Assembly: GCF_963506605.1 (NCBI RefSeq)
Contig: NC_083289.1
Coordinates: 53,320,001 to 53,384,000 of the forward strand
DNA: 64,000 nucleotides
Reading direction: 5' to 3'
DNA from: Zootoca vivipara
Taxonomy: Eukaryota
Made by a program: the position numbers and the translations under genes. Positions 24,284-37,694 of this stretch are shown piece by piece (positions within the stretch are counted from its first letter, which is position 1; every line of letters begins with the position of its first letter). Under the pieces are notes generated by a model. It worked only from the letters and a program-made list of their open reading frames with translations, was not told the origin of the DNA and searched no databases.

Positions 24284-27200
24284 AAAATAAAAACTTAGTT
24301 GGTCTTTAAGGTGCTACTGAAGGAATTTTTTTATTCTGTTTTTAGGATTTCATATCTAACTCACTGTGTGATTGTGAATCAATGTAGTGTGGACAGGAAA
24401 TGTAATAATAATAATTATTTGCAACAACCACCTCTGCAGTGTTTTTCAAGAGCCCAAAGTGCTTTACAGCAAGTTGACGCTCAGTTGAAACTGGAAAGCT
24501 GACACTTCTTCAGGTTTCAGGGTCAGAAAAGTCAAGATTAAAGAGGAAACAAAACAGGAGCTGGGCTGAGTAAGCAACACAGCAATTTGCCCAATTTATA
24601 AGCCAACAGCACCAGATAAGCTGAATTCCAACAATTCTAATCAAGTTTCAGCCAAAGCTTCCACGGAGAGAAAATTAATGGTTTGTTTATTTAAACCAGC
24701 CCCAAAGCAACTCTCCCAAACATGCAATTTGCTATGAATCCACAAGACACAACCTGAAGGGGGGGGCAGATAATCCCCTGCAGTCAAAGACATTTTTTCA
24801 CTTCTTTATACAGAGCATTCCACTCCAACAATCCCACCCTCCTGTAGCAGAAGCACTGAGCACCAACCTACCGGTAGTTATGTTACACATTTAGTAAGTC
24901 ATTCCGATTTTTAACCAAAGCTATCGTCCCACAAGCTGCCACGTGTCATGTGGTCAAAGGTATTTTGAAGACTTGCAGGGTCCCGGGTTCCCATAAAAGC
25001 TATTTAGAGAGATGGGGGTCACTGACCTGTGCGTAAACTTGGCCCATCACCCAAAATCAGGAGCGCTGCCCCACCAGAAATGGGCAGGAAACCGCCAAGC
25101 TCATTCCCTTCGCTGGACGCATGGACGCATGCTGAGGGTTTCGTGGCCTCTCCAGCCCTTTGCTGCTTGGTTGGCAGCCAGCCAACGGGGCACCATCACC
25201 ATCAGGATTTTGGGGTGCACCTGAAAGTGAGCAGGGGGGTCCAGGGCTGGCCAAGCAAGGCAAAGGCGGAAGCCTGGTTCTCCGGGGCCATGCCTGCCCT
25301 AAGAGGCAAAGCTCCTTGCGGGCGGCTCTGCAGCCTGGCCAACAGGCAGGCAAAGGGTTCAGTGAGCCATTGCAGGCATGCAGGGGAGACAATTGCACTG
25401 AGGAGTGCTCCCCAGTGTGTGTGTGTGTGGGAGACTAAGACACTCCCTGCAAGCAGAAAGCTAGTTAAGCAGGGTGCAGACTGGGCCACACCACCAACAG
25501 CCTGAAGCTGTCCACTCTCCCACCTCTTTCTGCTGCATGGCCTCAAGTCAGATTTGCCCAAAGATTTCATAGAATCGTAGAGTTGGACCCAGGGACCCAA
25601 GGGTCATCAACCCCCTGCAATGCTTGAAGCCAAGGCCACCCTCTATGTTACACATCCAATTCCTGGGATGTGGGGAAGCTTGGACTGAAAAGACCACCCT
25701 AAGGCCTACTCTCTGGCTCTCAACAGATTTCCAAACTCCGCCAAGGGGTGAGCAGTTGATGCTCGGTGCCTGGCAGGATTTTTTATTTTTTATTCCACAG
25801 GAAGAGCCACACAAGAAGGGCGTCTCACACGCCCAGCCTGCTTCTGCAAAGGCATTACGGACGCCACAAGCTTAGATTAAATGCATCGCTGATCAACTTT
25901 CATCTGACTCCTTCTCATGAAGGAGCTTGCGCTGAGCTGGGGGAATGCCTGGCCCACAGGAGCTGCTGACTTGCCCCACAAGACAAACTCCCCACCCCTT
26001 TCAAAAATGGTTGGCCATGCAGGATCCATTCAGCAGCAGAGCGCATGCTTTGCGTGCAAAAAGGTCTCCGTTGCAATCCCAGCATCTCCAGGCAGGGCTG
26101 CCAAGGGCCCCTTTCCAAAATGCTGGAGCGCAGCTGCCAGTCGGTGTTCTGAGCTGAAAGGACCAATGGTCTGACCTGGTGTAGGGCAGCTTCCGGGTTC
26201 CCACTGGTGGTGGTGGGAAATGCTCTCCCTTCACCTGCTCTCCGTGCAGCTGGGCAGAGCAGGCAAGAGGAGAGGAAGTGAGGACACAGCCAGCCAGGGC
26301 ATTCCACTGCCTGCCTTCTGAAGTGGAAGAGCCCCTCCATGTGCTTTTCTTGCAGAGCCGAATCTCCCCTGAGTACCATTACAGGAACAATGGAGGAAAC
26401 ACACCGCTGCTCATAAAAATACAAAAATCGCCCATTGTGCATTATTCTAAGAGTGGCCTTGAGCATGCGACCAGCTGCATTGCCTGAAATACATGACCAG
26501 GTGTGTTACAGATACCACATTTCCAAAAAAGGAGAAAAGAGGGCAGATAGCAAAGCATTTTGCATCTGTACATGAAAGGGCAAGAAGATGCACAATAACT
26601 CCAAGCCCTGCATTATCCCCCGCTGCCCTTGACACTGTGGAAAAGGTGGCAGTTGTGTTTTGCACAAATCCCAGGAGGACGAGAGAGGAGCCTTGGCAGT
26701 TTAGAGTCTGGGAAAAATACTTTTCAAATGAAAAGTAATACCAGATACACTGATCATAATTAGGTATCCTCACATCAGCCACGTTTGCAAGCCGCTTTAA
26801 GGCTCAGCATTTAAACCATGGCTTAAAGTGCATGAGAGAATGGCCCTTGCTTCACATCCCTTCACAGCCCTTTTCTTATCTTCTCATATTCTTACCATCA
26901 TGCTGGTGGGATTTGCTAAGTTTAGACCATGGCTTACCAATACATTGCAAATGTGGTCACTTTTGCATGTCTATGTATATATTTAATGTCTTTTACAGAC
27001 ATGCACACAGAATTATGAGAGAAGAGTCAACCTTTAAACAATTACGATGGGATGGAAGCCATTAGGATTCAGCAGGATGTTTTACTGGATGTGTTTTATA
27101 AAATGGAAGGAACAGGAATGGGTTTTTTTAAAAAACAACAACAACAAAACCCCCGATTGCAGCTAATGCAACAGGTCGCAAGGGAAAGCAGTTGAACAGC

Positions 27201-29424
27201 AGCTTCAAGGTGTGTCGCTATTTAAAGTATGAACAACTGGGCCTGCGTTTCCCCCAAACATGGAGAATGACTGGCAAGCTCAAGAACTATGGGAGAGAAG
27301 AGGCACGATTCAGCAGCAGAGCACACACTCAATGCAAGGAAAACCCGTTTCAATCCCTGGACTCTGGCTAAAATCCCTGGCTAAAAAGATCTCCCTTGTG
27401 ACCTTTGGAGACTCATCTAATAAGAGTGCCATAGAACCAGAGGACTGGTTCAATATAAAAGGCAGCTTCACTCACAATATGAGTTTGTGCGTATATTTGT
27501 GGAGCATCATGTCTGCTGCAGAGGAGGGGGGGGGCGCCTTCATTTTCCCCCTGGGACTACGGCCTCTCTAGTCCCAGGTGGTCTTGACATAGAGGAGAGG
27601 AGTGGGGAGCCACCCCACAACTCTGCATGACCAGCAATAGTAGTAGTAATAATAATAATAATAATTGTACCCCACCCAACTGACTCTGGGTGCATCATGG
27701 GAGTTGAGGCTCCGAGCAGGGAATTGAAGAGCACAAGAGTGTTTAAAGGCGAGGCAGGAGCAGAAAATCAAGAAACATAAAAGCAGCTTTTGTGTCCTAA
27801 TTTTTGTACCACCAGCCTGGAAGGCGGCAATTGGGTAGGATTTGCACAAGTCACCTTTCCCTGGACACCACTCTGCTTGCTGCCAGTTTAGAGAGAGCTG
27901 GTGGTGGGACTGATTTATTACTTTATTTCATAAATTTATACACTGCTTGATTGAAAAAACAACAACCCTCAACGAAGTTTACAAAAAAAAGCAGAGAGCA
28001 GCTTTCCCCAAACTTAACACAACTGCACGCCTCTTTTGAGAGTTCAGTCTTACCAGTGTGCCCTTTCTCTGGTAAAGATAATTTGGGGGTAATTTTGACA
28101 GGACCATTTTATCAATGAATTGTTTCCTGCAACTAAAAACCTATGATGAAATAAGATAAAAGTTTCTGCTGCATACTCTTTGAAACCCTTTTCCATAGCC
28201 CCACACTTCGGGAAAGTGTGTAAGTGACAAATGAGGGTAAATAAATATATATACTCTAAATTCAAGCTTAGGCTGCCCCCTTATGGCAGTCTGTTTCAAG
28301 GCCTTTACAGCTGCAGAACAGCTTTCACAAACCCTCCCAGATCCTGCAGGAAGACCTTGGGCTGACCAGGAAACATGGCAAAAATAAATAGGGCCATGAA
28401 GCCCTACTGCAATCCAATATTTAAGAGACTGGATTTACAGCAAGTCTGTGCTAGTTTTAGTGTGTAGCAGCAGCTCACCTTCTGGAAGGAAAGAATGAAG
28501 CTCTGTCTCCCACAAAAGGTGTACCGAGGACCTAGAGCGGCGACTCTCAAAGGGTGTGGCAGAAGAGGAAGATTCAAGGGCAATCAAAGAAACATTCAAA
28601 CAGTTCATTGTAGTGCCGTGTAGCTGAATGTTTTCTACTTTCCGTGTGCCCCACAAACATATTATTGTTACAGGAATTTTCATAATGATGGGAGGGGCGT
28701 TGCCCCTCCAGCACGCAGTTGTTCTCACACAATGTCTCCTCAAAGCACCACATAACGCAAGACACCACACAATTCCCAACGTCGTTCTGCTCAGGCTACC
28801 AAAGCAGGGACTTGGGAAACTGGTAAAAGACAGCCGTAATCCCCGGAACCTGGGATCAGCCTCTTGCATAAGAAATAATTGCTGGCATCCTGGCAAGTGG
28901 GTGCAAAAACAGGTAGTCATCCTGTGGACAGTAGCAAACCATCCAGGAATGGGTGAGGTTCTTGGTCAATATTCCTTTTGTGTTACTTGATGGTCAAGGG
29001 AAGGATGGGGGAAAACCTGGTGCTCGGTTTTCTGTCACCCGACCCTCCCAAATTGTGATGTGTTTGTAATGTATGCATGATGTAATTTTTAGGGGTGCTG
29101 TGGGTATCTTTGTAAAACTGATCAAAGGGGAAGCCATTCTTTGCTCTGGGCTTCTTCCTGCTTCTCCCATGTGGTGGGTGGAAGTCCTTGGAAATAAAGA
29201 CCAGGCCTGCTAGCTGCTGTTTTGCTCCTATATTCCTGGCTGGTGTCTTTGTTTGGCAATCCAAGCGAGCCCAAGGACTCTCCTATAACATTATAATAAT
29301 AATAATAGTAATTTATTATTTATAACCCTCCCATCTGGCTGGGGTGTGAACAAATTTCTATTCTGAGTGTGGCCCAGAGAAGAAAGTTTGAGAACCACGA
29401 ACCTAGAGAAAGGGCAGGTGACAA

Positions 29425-29842
29425 CATGGGCGTAGGCAGGAGGGGGCAGTTGCCCCCCCTAGAAGCAGGGCCGCTGGCCAGCCTGCCCCGCTACCCGCCG
29501 CCGCCCGGTGCCGTCTCCCTTCTCCCTGGCTGGCTGTGGGGCGGGTGGAGGGAAAACCCCAGAGCCGCGCAAAGCGTTTGGCTGGCTTTCCCTCCGCCCG
29601 CCCCGGCGATCGCAGAGGGGGAGGAGGGAGTCGGAGCAGCCCAATTTTGGGCTGATCCTTGCGCCCCCTCGCCCCTGCCAATTGCGGAGGGGGAGGAGGG
29701 GGTCGGAGCAGCCCAATTTTGGGCTGATCCTGGTGCCCTCTCGCCCCTGAACGACCATGGCTTTCCTTGCCCCACTGTGGCCCCTCCCCCATGCCTTGGC
29801 CCCACCCCTTGCCCCCCTAATTTTTATCCTGGCTACACCCCG
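29425..29842. mobile_element. GC-rich non-autonomous DNA transposon (hAT-like) with internal tandem duplication
   Basis: catgggcgtag...ctacaccccg ends, near 8-bp TSD ggtgacaa/gctgacaa; two copies of gggggaggaggg.gtcggagcagcccaattttgggctgatcct. Confidence 0.65.
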
Positions 29843-30344
29843 GCTGACAAAATATTGCATTGCCCCGCCCCGGCCGGCACACAGTCTAGTTCCCATTTCC
29901 ATAACATAATCTATAGGGGAGGTGGGTTCACCTCAACAGAGGTCTCTCTCAACCCCTTCTCCTTTTGGACAAAGTGCCCATTAGCAAACATTTCCTACAC
30001 ACGGCCCAGCATTATTGTGCCTTGCAGTTGTGTAGGGAACTGAAAGGGGGCTCCCCAGGGTGGATTTGCCGCTTCAAAGGAGCGCATGAACCAGCTGTGT
30101 GTGGCCCCATTGAGGGATCACATGGGAAGTGTGTGAACCATTTGTACAGTACTTGGAAAATGCTAACACATGCAAGAAGGAAGACTCTGCTAAGTCCACA
30201 ACCACACACGCGCACTGACCATAGCCAAGTCACGGGGAGGGCACATGGTTTGAATGTGGTGGATGCGCAAAACCAGGCGCCTGGCCTTAGTAACAAACTG
30301 GAGGAGGGCCAACAAACTGAAGCCTGGCGGGGGGTGGCTCCTCA

Positions 30345-30625
30345 ATCTTGTGATCTCTAGGTTTGGCTACTGCAATGCAACATACTTTGGGCTGCCTCTG
30401 AAGACTGTTTGGAAAACCCTGTGGGTCCAGAATGCAGTGGTCGGAGTACTGACTGGGACCAGGAGGTCTGAACATCTGACTACGGTTTTGGCCCAATTGC
30501 ACTGGCTGCAAATTTGCCTCCAAGCCCAATTCAAAGGGGCTCCAAGCCCAATTTTGACCTTCCAGCACCTTGCATGGATCGGGACCTCAAGGGCTGCCTT
30601 TCCATGAATAAACCTGCCCAGACCC
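30345..30625 (+). mobile_element. L2 LINE ORF2 remnant
   Basis: LVISRFGYCNATYFGLP...VQNAVVGVLTG...LAQLHWL. Confidence 0.8.
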
Positions 30626-31585
30626 TGATTATTTGTTCAGAGTCTTCTCCCCTGGAGAAAAAATATATTAGGATGAATATATATGTATCCTGCCTTCTTC
30701 CTAACAAGGACTTAAGTGCTTGCCATCTGTGCAGGTCAGCTGCGCACTGCCCCTTGCTCCCTCGACCTAAGCTACCTCGCAGGGTTGTTGGGAAGGTAAA
30801 ATGAAAGGGGTTTGAGAACATAATTAGGAACGCTGCCCCATGGAGGAAGAAAGTATGTGTGTGTGGGGGGGGTAATCACAGGAAGAGTGTTATGTACTTA
30901 CGAGGTTAAAACAAAAACAAAGAACATTGAATCCGCTTGGCTATATCTATGTGGCCTGGAAATGAATGCGGCTATTCTGCTCTCCCTCTTGCCTCAGCAA
31001 ATACATCATGAAACAAATGGCAGGTGTGCAGCCCCTTTAGTGCTTTGGCTCTGGCTCAGAGCCGGCACACCTGCACTCCCCATTCAGTGCTGTCTTCTCA
31101 GCTGACTTCTTGGCATTCAAAAGGCACGTCCAGCTTTAAACTCCCATCCGCTTTCGAGTGCGCCTGACTTCATCCTGAAAAACTGCAGCCATGCTTGCGC
31201 TTGGCCAGGCAGACGCATTCCATTAATGCTCCCCTCTTGGAAACGTCTGCTCTGTTTACCGTGGGTCACCAAGCGGGGGGTGGGTGGGTGGGATGGAGAA
31301 ACAGCTATGGGCCTCAGCGCCACCCGTGGCTCCCTCACGCATCACATGGGTTGGGAGCCATCTCAGCCATGCACATTGCTGGAAAGGCCGCACGGTGGAG
31401 CCGATGTCGCTGTAGGACTATGCAACTTGGGGGGGGGCGGTGCTGGGGCAATACAAGCAACTTCCTATCTGAGCAAGGACTTCTTGGTTAACAGCGACTC
31501 GACAAGCCACTTGCAATGACTGAAACGTAACACAAAAGGTACCACATATTCAGGGGGAGGGATGTACATAGGCATGTTATACGTA

Positions 31586-31772
31586 CAGTGATACCTCTGG
31601 TCGCAGACAGGATCCATTCCGGAGGTCCAGTTGGATCCCGAAGTTTCCGCAACCTGAGGACCACTTCTGCGCATGCGTGTGCAGCCAAACCTGGTAAAAT
31701 ACTTCCGGGTTTGCCGCTTTCGCATCCCGAAGTTTACATAACCAGAAGGTTACGTAACCGGAGGTACTACTG
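31586..31772. mobile_element. Tc1/mariner-pogo type MITE; related copy at 41806-41992
   Basis: ta|cagtgatacctc...gaggtactactg|ta. Confidence 0.8.
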
Positions 31773-32933
31773 TAACACAGTCCCAGCAGTGAGTGAGTGA
31801 GTGAACAAACTGAACCGGGGATTCTCTGCGTGCAAAACATTTCCACTCTCCCTGGGAAGCTCTTCCTTGAAGGAGGAGCTGTGGACTCAGGACTCGGACA
31901 AGGGCTTGCTGGAGGCCACAGGAAGCTTCTAAAGTACCATCAGGGAAATTCATCAGCGAGGAGGCTGTCAATGGCTGCTAGCTGTTATGGCTACATGCTC
32001 CCTTTCGGATCAGAAGGAGCATGCTGGGAATAGCAGGAGGAGGAGGAAAGGCCACCGTGGGAAAGGGTGCGTTGGATGGAAAGGCCTTTGGTCTCCTCCT
32101 CCAGCAGCCAAGCTCTTCTTAGGACTCGGCCACTAAGCGTTGGTGGGCTTTAAAAGGGGATGAGACAAATGCATGGAAGCCATATTGATCCACGGCTACT
32201 GGGTATGATGGCATTCCAGGTTCAGAGGCCACAGCCTCTTTGTGCCCATTGTCAGGGAGCAGCAATGGGCTTTGAAGAGACAGTTGGGGTTTCCTCTGAA
32301 GCCATCAATGTGTCACAACTTAGGGCCATATATGAGCAGAGAGGCACACAACATTTTTGTGTGTGGACTAGTAGCTACCTTGGACCTCTGCAGGGTCAAA
32401 ACAGCCAGGGTTAGGCAAATAGGTACTAAAATAGAAGATACTTTGGTTTTGTATTTTAACATAAGTACTTAACTTATTGTGAAACAACGACATCTTCTTT
32501 TAAAAATGTAATTAACTGTACTGTCTATTCCCTTGCTGGAGGCTGAGTGGCAGAAGACTCTAGAAACAGCTCTTCACCCTGCCTTTCGACATTTAATATG
32601 TCTGCCCGTCTCTGTCTGTCTGTCTGTCTAATTTATATACTGCTCTTCATCCAAGGATCACAGGGCTGTTCACAGTATAAAACATACAAAGACAGACAGA
32701 GCAATAATCCCTACACAGTTTAAAAGGCAACAGATTGCTTAATCAGCCAAAGGCCCAGGAGAAGAGGAACACTTTCCTCTGGCGCCTAAAGATATCTGAG
32801 GAAGACGTCAGGCAAGCTTCCCTGGGGAGAGCATTGCACAAGCAGGGAGACACCACAGAAAAGGCCTCTCCTTTCTATTTTTAGGACTCACCTTAATTTT
32901 GTACTTTTAAGTTGCGCTAAACTGTTTTGAATA

Positions 32934-33507
32934 CAGTGGAACCTCAACTTACGTACGGCTCTACTTATGTACGATTCCAGTTATGACCTTCAGCAGGTGC
33001 TTTGACTTATGAACTTTTCTCTAGATACGAACAGAGGCCTTGCAAACAGCCTGGAACTTGGCCGGCCGGCCTGCAGCCCCAAACCCTGCTGAGGAACTAA
33101 CCTGAGGAAGCCCTAAAAGAACCTGGCCTGGCAAGAAAAAAGGGCCTCTGGCCAAAGTGAATCAGCTTTTTGCTGACCCTTGCCCCACCCCCAGCCTGGA
33201 GCCAGGTAAGCCCACCCACCCTCAGTGCAGGTAAGAAAAGAAAAATAAATGTTAATTTTTTCCATCTACAATACTGTCTTATTTATTTTATAGTACAGTA
33301 CATTGCCTTCATTTTATGGATCTATGGTCTCCTTAGACAGTAAAATCTGAGTTAAATTGCTGTTTTAGGAGGTGTTTTTCATCGTCTAGAACGGATCAAT
33401 TCACTTTTCCATTACTTTCTATGGAAAAGTGCGCCTCTACTTTTGTACATTTCTAGTTATGACCGGACCTCCGGAACGGATTGTGGTTGTAAGCAGAGGT
33501 TCCACTG
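32934..33507. mobile_element. Tc1/mariner-pogo (Tigger-like) non-autonomous element
   Basis: ta|cagtggaacctc...gaggttccactg|ta. Confidence 0.85.
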
Positions 33508-34547
33508 TATTGTGCAATGCTGTGTTTTAATATTGATGTGGCATTTTAATTGTTGTAACCCACCCTGGGAACTTAGCGTGAAGGACGGGCAACCAACAGC
33601 AGCAGCAACAAGAGCACAGAAGGTTCCTGCCTCCATGCAACTCAGTATCCCAACCCTCATTGCGTCAGACAAGGGCCTGCCTCTCAGCTGTGGCCTGCTT
33701 CGCTTCCACATTCAAGATTCTCCCCGCACAAGAGCCAGGCAGGAACAAAGAACCTCAATACCACAAAAACTGATGCACACTGTGTAGAGAAAACAGGAAC
33801 ACACACAAATAAGTGACTGTGGTTGGCCCCCCCCCCAACTGAAGCTACAGAGCAATTGTTTCGGATTTTCTAAAATTAGAATCCAGTGCAATCTGAACAC
33901 CAAAAGCTAAAAGGATCTTTAAAATAATTTATAATTCTTGCATTATGCCATGAACCAACTTGTGCATTATCCAAGGATCCATTTAATTAAGAAAATAAAG
34001 TCTTCAAAGCTCTCTTAAACTTGGAAGATAACCCTCCCAAAGGTAGTTTTAACACAGTTGCATTGAGATGAATGTTCCCAGCTGCAACTGCCCTCTGGTG
34101 GTTCAGGCGTAGAAAAGGATCAGCGGAATTCCTGCAAGGCCCTTTTCAAACATGGTAAAAATGGTAAAAGTCCCTCAGTCCCACCCTATTCTGGGAGCCG
34201 AGGGTAATATTGGGGGTTTCCGGCCCCTCTCAGGCAGTGTCAAAAGTATTTCGCCACCTGCTGCGCAATATATTTCCGTGGTTTTAATCGTCAAAGGACA
34301 TTCTTTTGATCAGGCTGCCCTAGAAACACCCAATTTTACCCCGAGTTCCCAATGTTCCACTGGTGCAATGCACACCCCCAGCCCACTCCCCACTCAGATG
34401 CCCAGGGGGCTCCCTCAGAGGAAGTGGGGCCAATCCTGTCTCCTGCAACTGGCTCCACACTGCCTCAAACAGGAGAACTTCCCTGCTGTACTCACGTGAA
34501 CTACCACTGAGCAGCTTCCCTAAGTATTCCAATTTTGACGTTTTCAT

Positions 34548-34695
34548 GGAATCATAGAATGGCAGAGTTGGGAGGGACCCTGAGGATCACACAGTCCAGC
34601 CCCCCGCAAGGCAGGCATAGGCAGCTGCCCCATACAGGGATCGAACCTGCGATCTTGGCGTTATCAGCCCCGTGTTATACCCAACAGAGCTACCC
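34548..34695 (-). mobile_element. tRNA-head / CR1-tail SINE (POM/Squam2-like)
   Basis: Similar to 17116-17265. Confidence 0.75.
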
Positions 34696-34715
34696 ATACT
34701 ACTGTTTGTATAAGG

Positions 34716-34851
34716 CAGGCATCCCCAAACTGCGGCCCTCCAGATGTTTTGGCCTACAACTCCCATGATCCCTAGCTAACAGGACCAGTGGTTGGGGAAG
34801 ATGGTAATTGTAGTCCAAAACATCTGGAGGGCCGAAGTTTGGGGATGCCTG
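34716..34851. mobile_element. hAT MITE
   Basis: TIRs; 8-bp TSD gtataagg. Confidence 0.9.
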
Positions 34852-36680
34852 GTATAAGGCAATTGTCATCCACTCCAGAGTCTCAGATCAAGAGACCAAA
34901 TATTCCTCTCCATGGACAATTTGAACATACAGAAGACATACTCATCCCTGGCAGATGGCCCTCTAACCTCTGCTTAGAAACCTCCCAGGAAGGAGAGTTT
35001 GCCACCTCTCATGAGAGTCCATTGCGCAGTCAAGCAGCTCTTCCTGGCAGAAAGCTCTTCCTGATGTTTAGCTGGAATCTCCTTTTCCTATCTTATGAGA
35101 GAGCGGTGCATAAATGCCGTTACAAATAAGCAGACGTTTGCACTGCAGAACCCTGAAGCCAGCTCACACTCCCCAAACGCCGACATGGCCCTCCCCAAGG
35201 AGGGGGAGATAGGGAGAGCAAGAAGTGCGCAAGAAGGGCCACACTCACACGCTGAACGACTTGGATCAGGCCTGCCCCACGAGGGCTGGTGCCACAGGGC
35301 ATGTGGAGGATGCTGCCTTGTAACACGCCTGACTCTCTGGCCATTTAGACCAGTTCTGCCTGCTCTGACTCCAGGGTCCCAGGTCCCGATCCCTTTTAAA
35401 CAGGGTTGCCCAGGGATCGAACTTGGGAACTTCTGCATATGAAGGCAAGTGCTCAGCCAAGGAAATAGGGGTCCCAGCCCTAGTCCACCAGGCCTACGGC
35501 AGGGCCTGGCCGACTACCAAAGGATTGCTGGTGCCCTGCAAGGAAGGAATACCTGCTGAGAGTCTGAGGGTCCTGCTCCTGCCTCTCTCCACCAGGCCTA
35601 GGGTGAAGGCCAGATAGACCTCAAAGGGACTGCTGCTGCCCAGCAGAGTCCTGTTTACGTTCTTTTAAACTGCTTTTTTAATTGTGTTTTTTATTTTTAT
35701 TTTTTGGGGGGTGCTTCTGTTTATATTTTGATTATGTATTTTGTGTTTTTATCTTGTAATTTAATTTTGTGAACCGCCCCGAGACCTGCAGGTGTAGAGC
35801 GGTATATCATTTTTAATAATAAATACTGCAAACACACATTAAAAGTAGAAGCATAAGCCGAGGGAGCATTGATTTCAGGCAGCAAGTATAAGCCGCTCCC
35901 AGAAGCCCCTTTGGGTGCTCTATTTCCACATTCCCACTGTGCTTTCATCCGGGCTCAGCAGCCGATTCCAGCAGCATTGCTCCCCCAGCTTGGCTGATGG
36001 GTCAGTCAGCATTACAGCCAGACGGCTACAACTTCATTAATATTGCAATAGCTGCTCTGGCTTGAATGACTAGCAAGGTTGGGGGTGGTGGTGGAGGGGC
36101 TTCAAGGTTAAAAGCTGTCCAGGGCAGACTGCTGCCGGGGGGCGGGGAGTCCAATGGGTACGGATTTTGGTGCTACCCTGGGAGGGACAATCTGAAGGAA
36201 AGCACGTGCTGAAAATGAGCAGCGTTTGGAGGATGGCTCTAGCTAGCCCATCCCTCTTTCTGTTGTGCTAGCTTTTTACTTGCAGTTTTGTGGTTTAAAA
36301 ATGAATAATTTGAAGAGTTATTACTAATCGGGTCCCCAGCCTGTATTCTGAAGTAATAGTCTAGGCAACTAAATCTTCCTGCTGCCTATGTAGAAATGGT
36401 TGAATGATTTATTAAAACAGCAGATGAGTGACTTGCCTGAAACCATCTTGCTCCCTAATAAGCCAAGGCCCTGACTCAACTATTCAGACTTTTAAAAGGT
36501 CTAGGCTTTTACCTGGTGCCTGGAAATGAAATGGAATCAGGTGCAGTTCAACTGATGTGCTGTGTGCTTTGTGGGGCAAGCTCCAGTCAATCATCCAATT
36601 TTAGAGTTCCAAATGCTCTTCAAATGGACAGGGAATGTCTTCCTGCTGGTATAAGCTAACTCTTAACCAATTGACCTACC

Positions 36681-36787
36681 ACTGTTCTGTTTCAGTATAT
36701 CTGAAGAAGTGTGCATGCACACGAAAGCTCATACCTATGACAAACTTAGTTGGTTTCTAAGGTGCTACTGGAAGGAATTTTTTTGTT
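36681..36787 (+). mobile_element. Penelope-like fragment with hammerhead motif
   Basis: ctgaagaagtgtgcatgcacacgaaagctcatac; 10-bp direct repeat ttgacctacc (36671-36680 / 36788-36797). Confidence 0.8.
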
Positions 36788-37694
36788 TTGACCTACCTAC
36801 AGTGATTCTTACCCACTACACTCCTTGGCTGCTGAAAAGCTCCTCTGACCTCCAGAATTGGTCCAGCTGCATCCCCACCCCCTGTCCCCAGGCAACTGCA
36901 GTGTTTTTTTTGCAGAACTGGAGGGTGAGGTGCTGAGCATGCAGATGGCTTTGAGCTGTAGCCTCTGCACAACAACTGCAGCCACTTGAGTTGCAAAAAG
37001 CACCTCCCAAGAGTTAATTCCTCTGTGCAAGACCCAACCTTGAGGTCCTCTCCCATGAGTAACATTTCCTCTTGCCCTCCACAACGTTAAAGGGAGGCTT
37101 TCTCCTCCCTGCACAAACACACCCACCCACTGCCCTGAAGGAAGAGGTTAGGCAAGATCGCCTGGCTCATGATGTGACCAAATTAGGAAAGAAACTCCAA
37201 AAGGCTCCAGGATGGACATCAGGCACGGTGGCCTGCACTTAGCCTCTGACCAGAACAACCACTAAGCGCTCCTTTGAGGCTGCACGTACAAGGCCAAGCT
37301 CCCCAAGGCACTGCCCCAAAGGTGGACACAGAGGCACTCTCCCAGCTGCTTCACACATTATGTTTCTCGGTGTAGACCAAGTGTGTGCCAAAACACTCGT
37401 GCCATGCAGATAGGTTCGTCAAGGGCACGGCAAATGGCTTTGAGTTCCTTGCTGAGCCTATTGTGGTTAACTTGCTCTGCCTCTACGTGATGTACATGTG
37501 CCGTGGCCCTGACCCTCACGTCTTCCTTGTGGGTTTCCCAGAAGCATGTGGAGGGACACAGCGGGAAGCAGGATCGTGGACCAGAAGGACTGCTGTCTGG
37601 CTATCAAGCCATCCAACAGCCCCAACCTAAGCTGCCCACTCCACGAAGTCTGTGGACAAGGTCTGCTAACTTCCTGCCCCAATCGGAAATGGCT

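Larger units (their letters stand above)
24110..24333. mobile_element. Penelope-like element remnant: inverted pseudo-LTR pair with hammerhead motifs
   Basis: Perfect 93-bp inverted repeat (24148-24240 / 24243-24335); 12-bp TSD ttctgtttttag (24098-24109 / 24334-24345). Confidence 0.85.

Noticed and set aside
28692-28710. Small hairpin ggaggggcgttgcccctcc
   Set aside because: An 8-bp stem is expected by chance; no snoRNA or miRNA context is visible.
29369-30043. 224-aa Pro/Gly-rich ORF with an internal repeat
   Set aside because: Runs through a GC-rich MITE with a tandem duplication; open in several frames on both strands.
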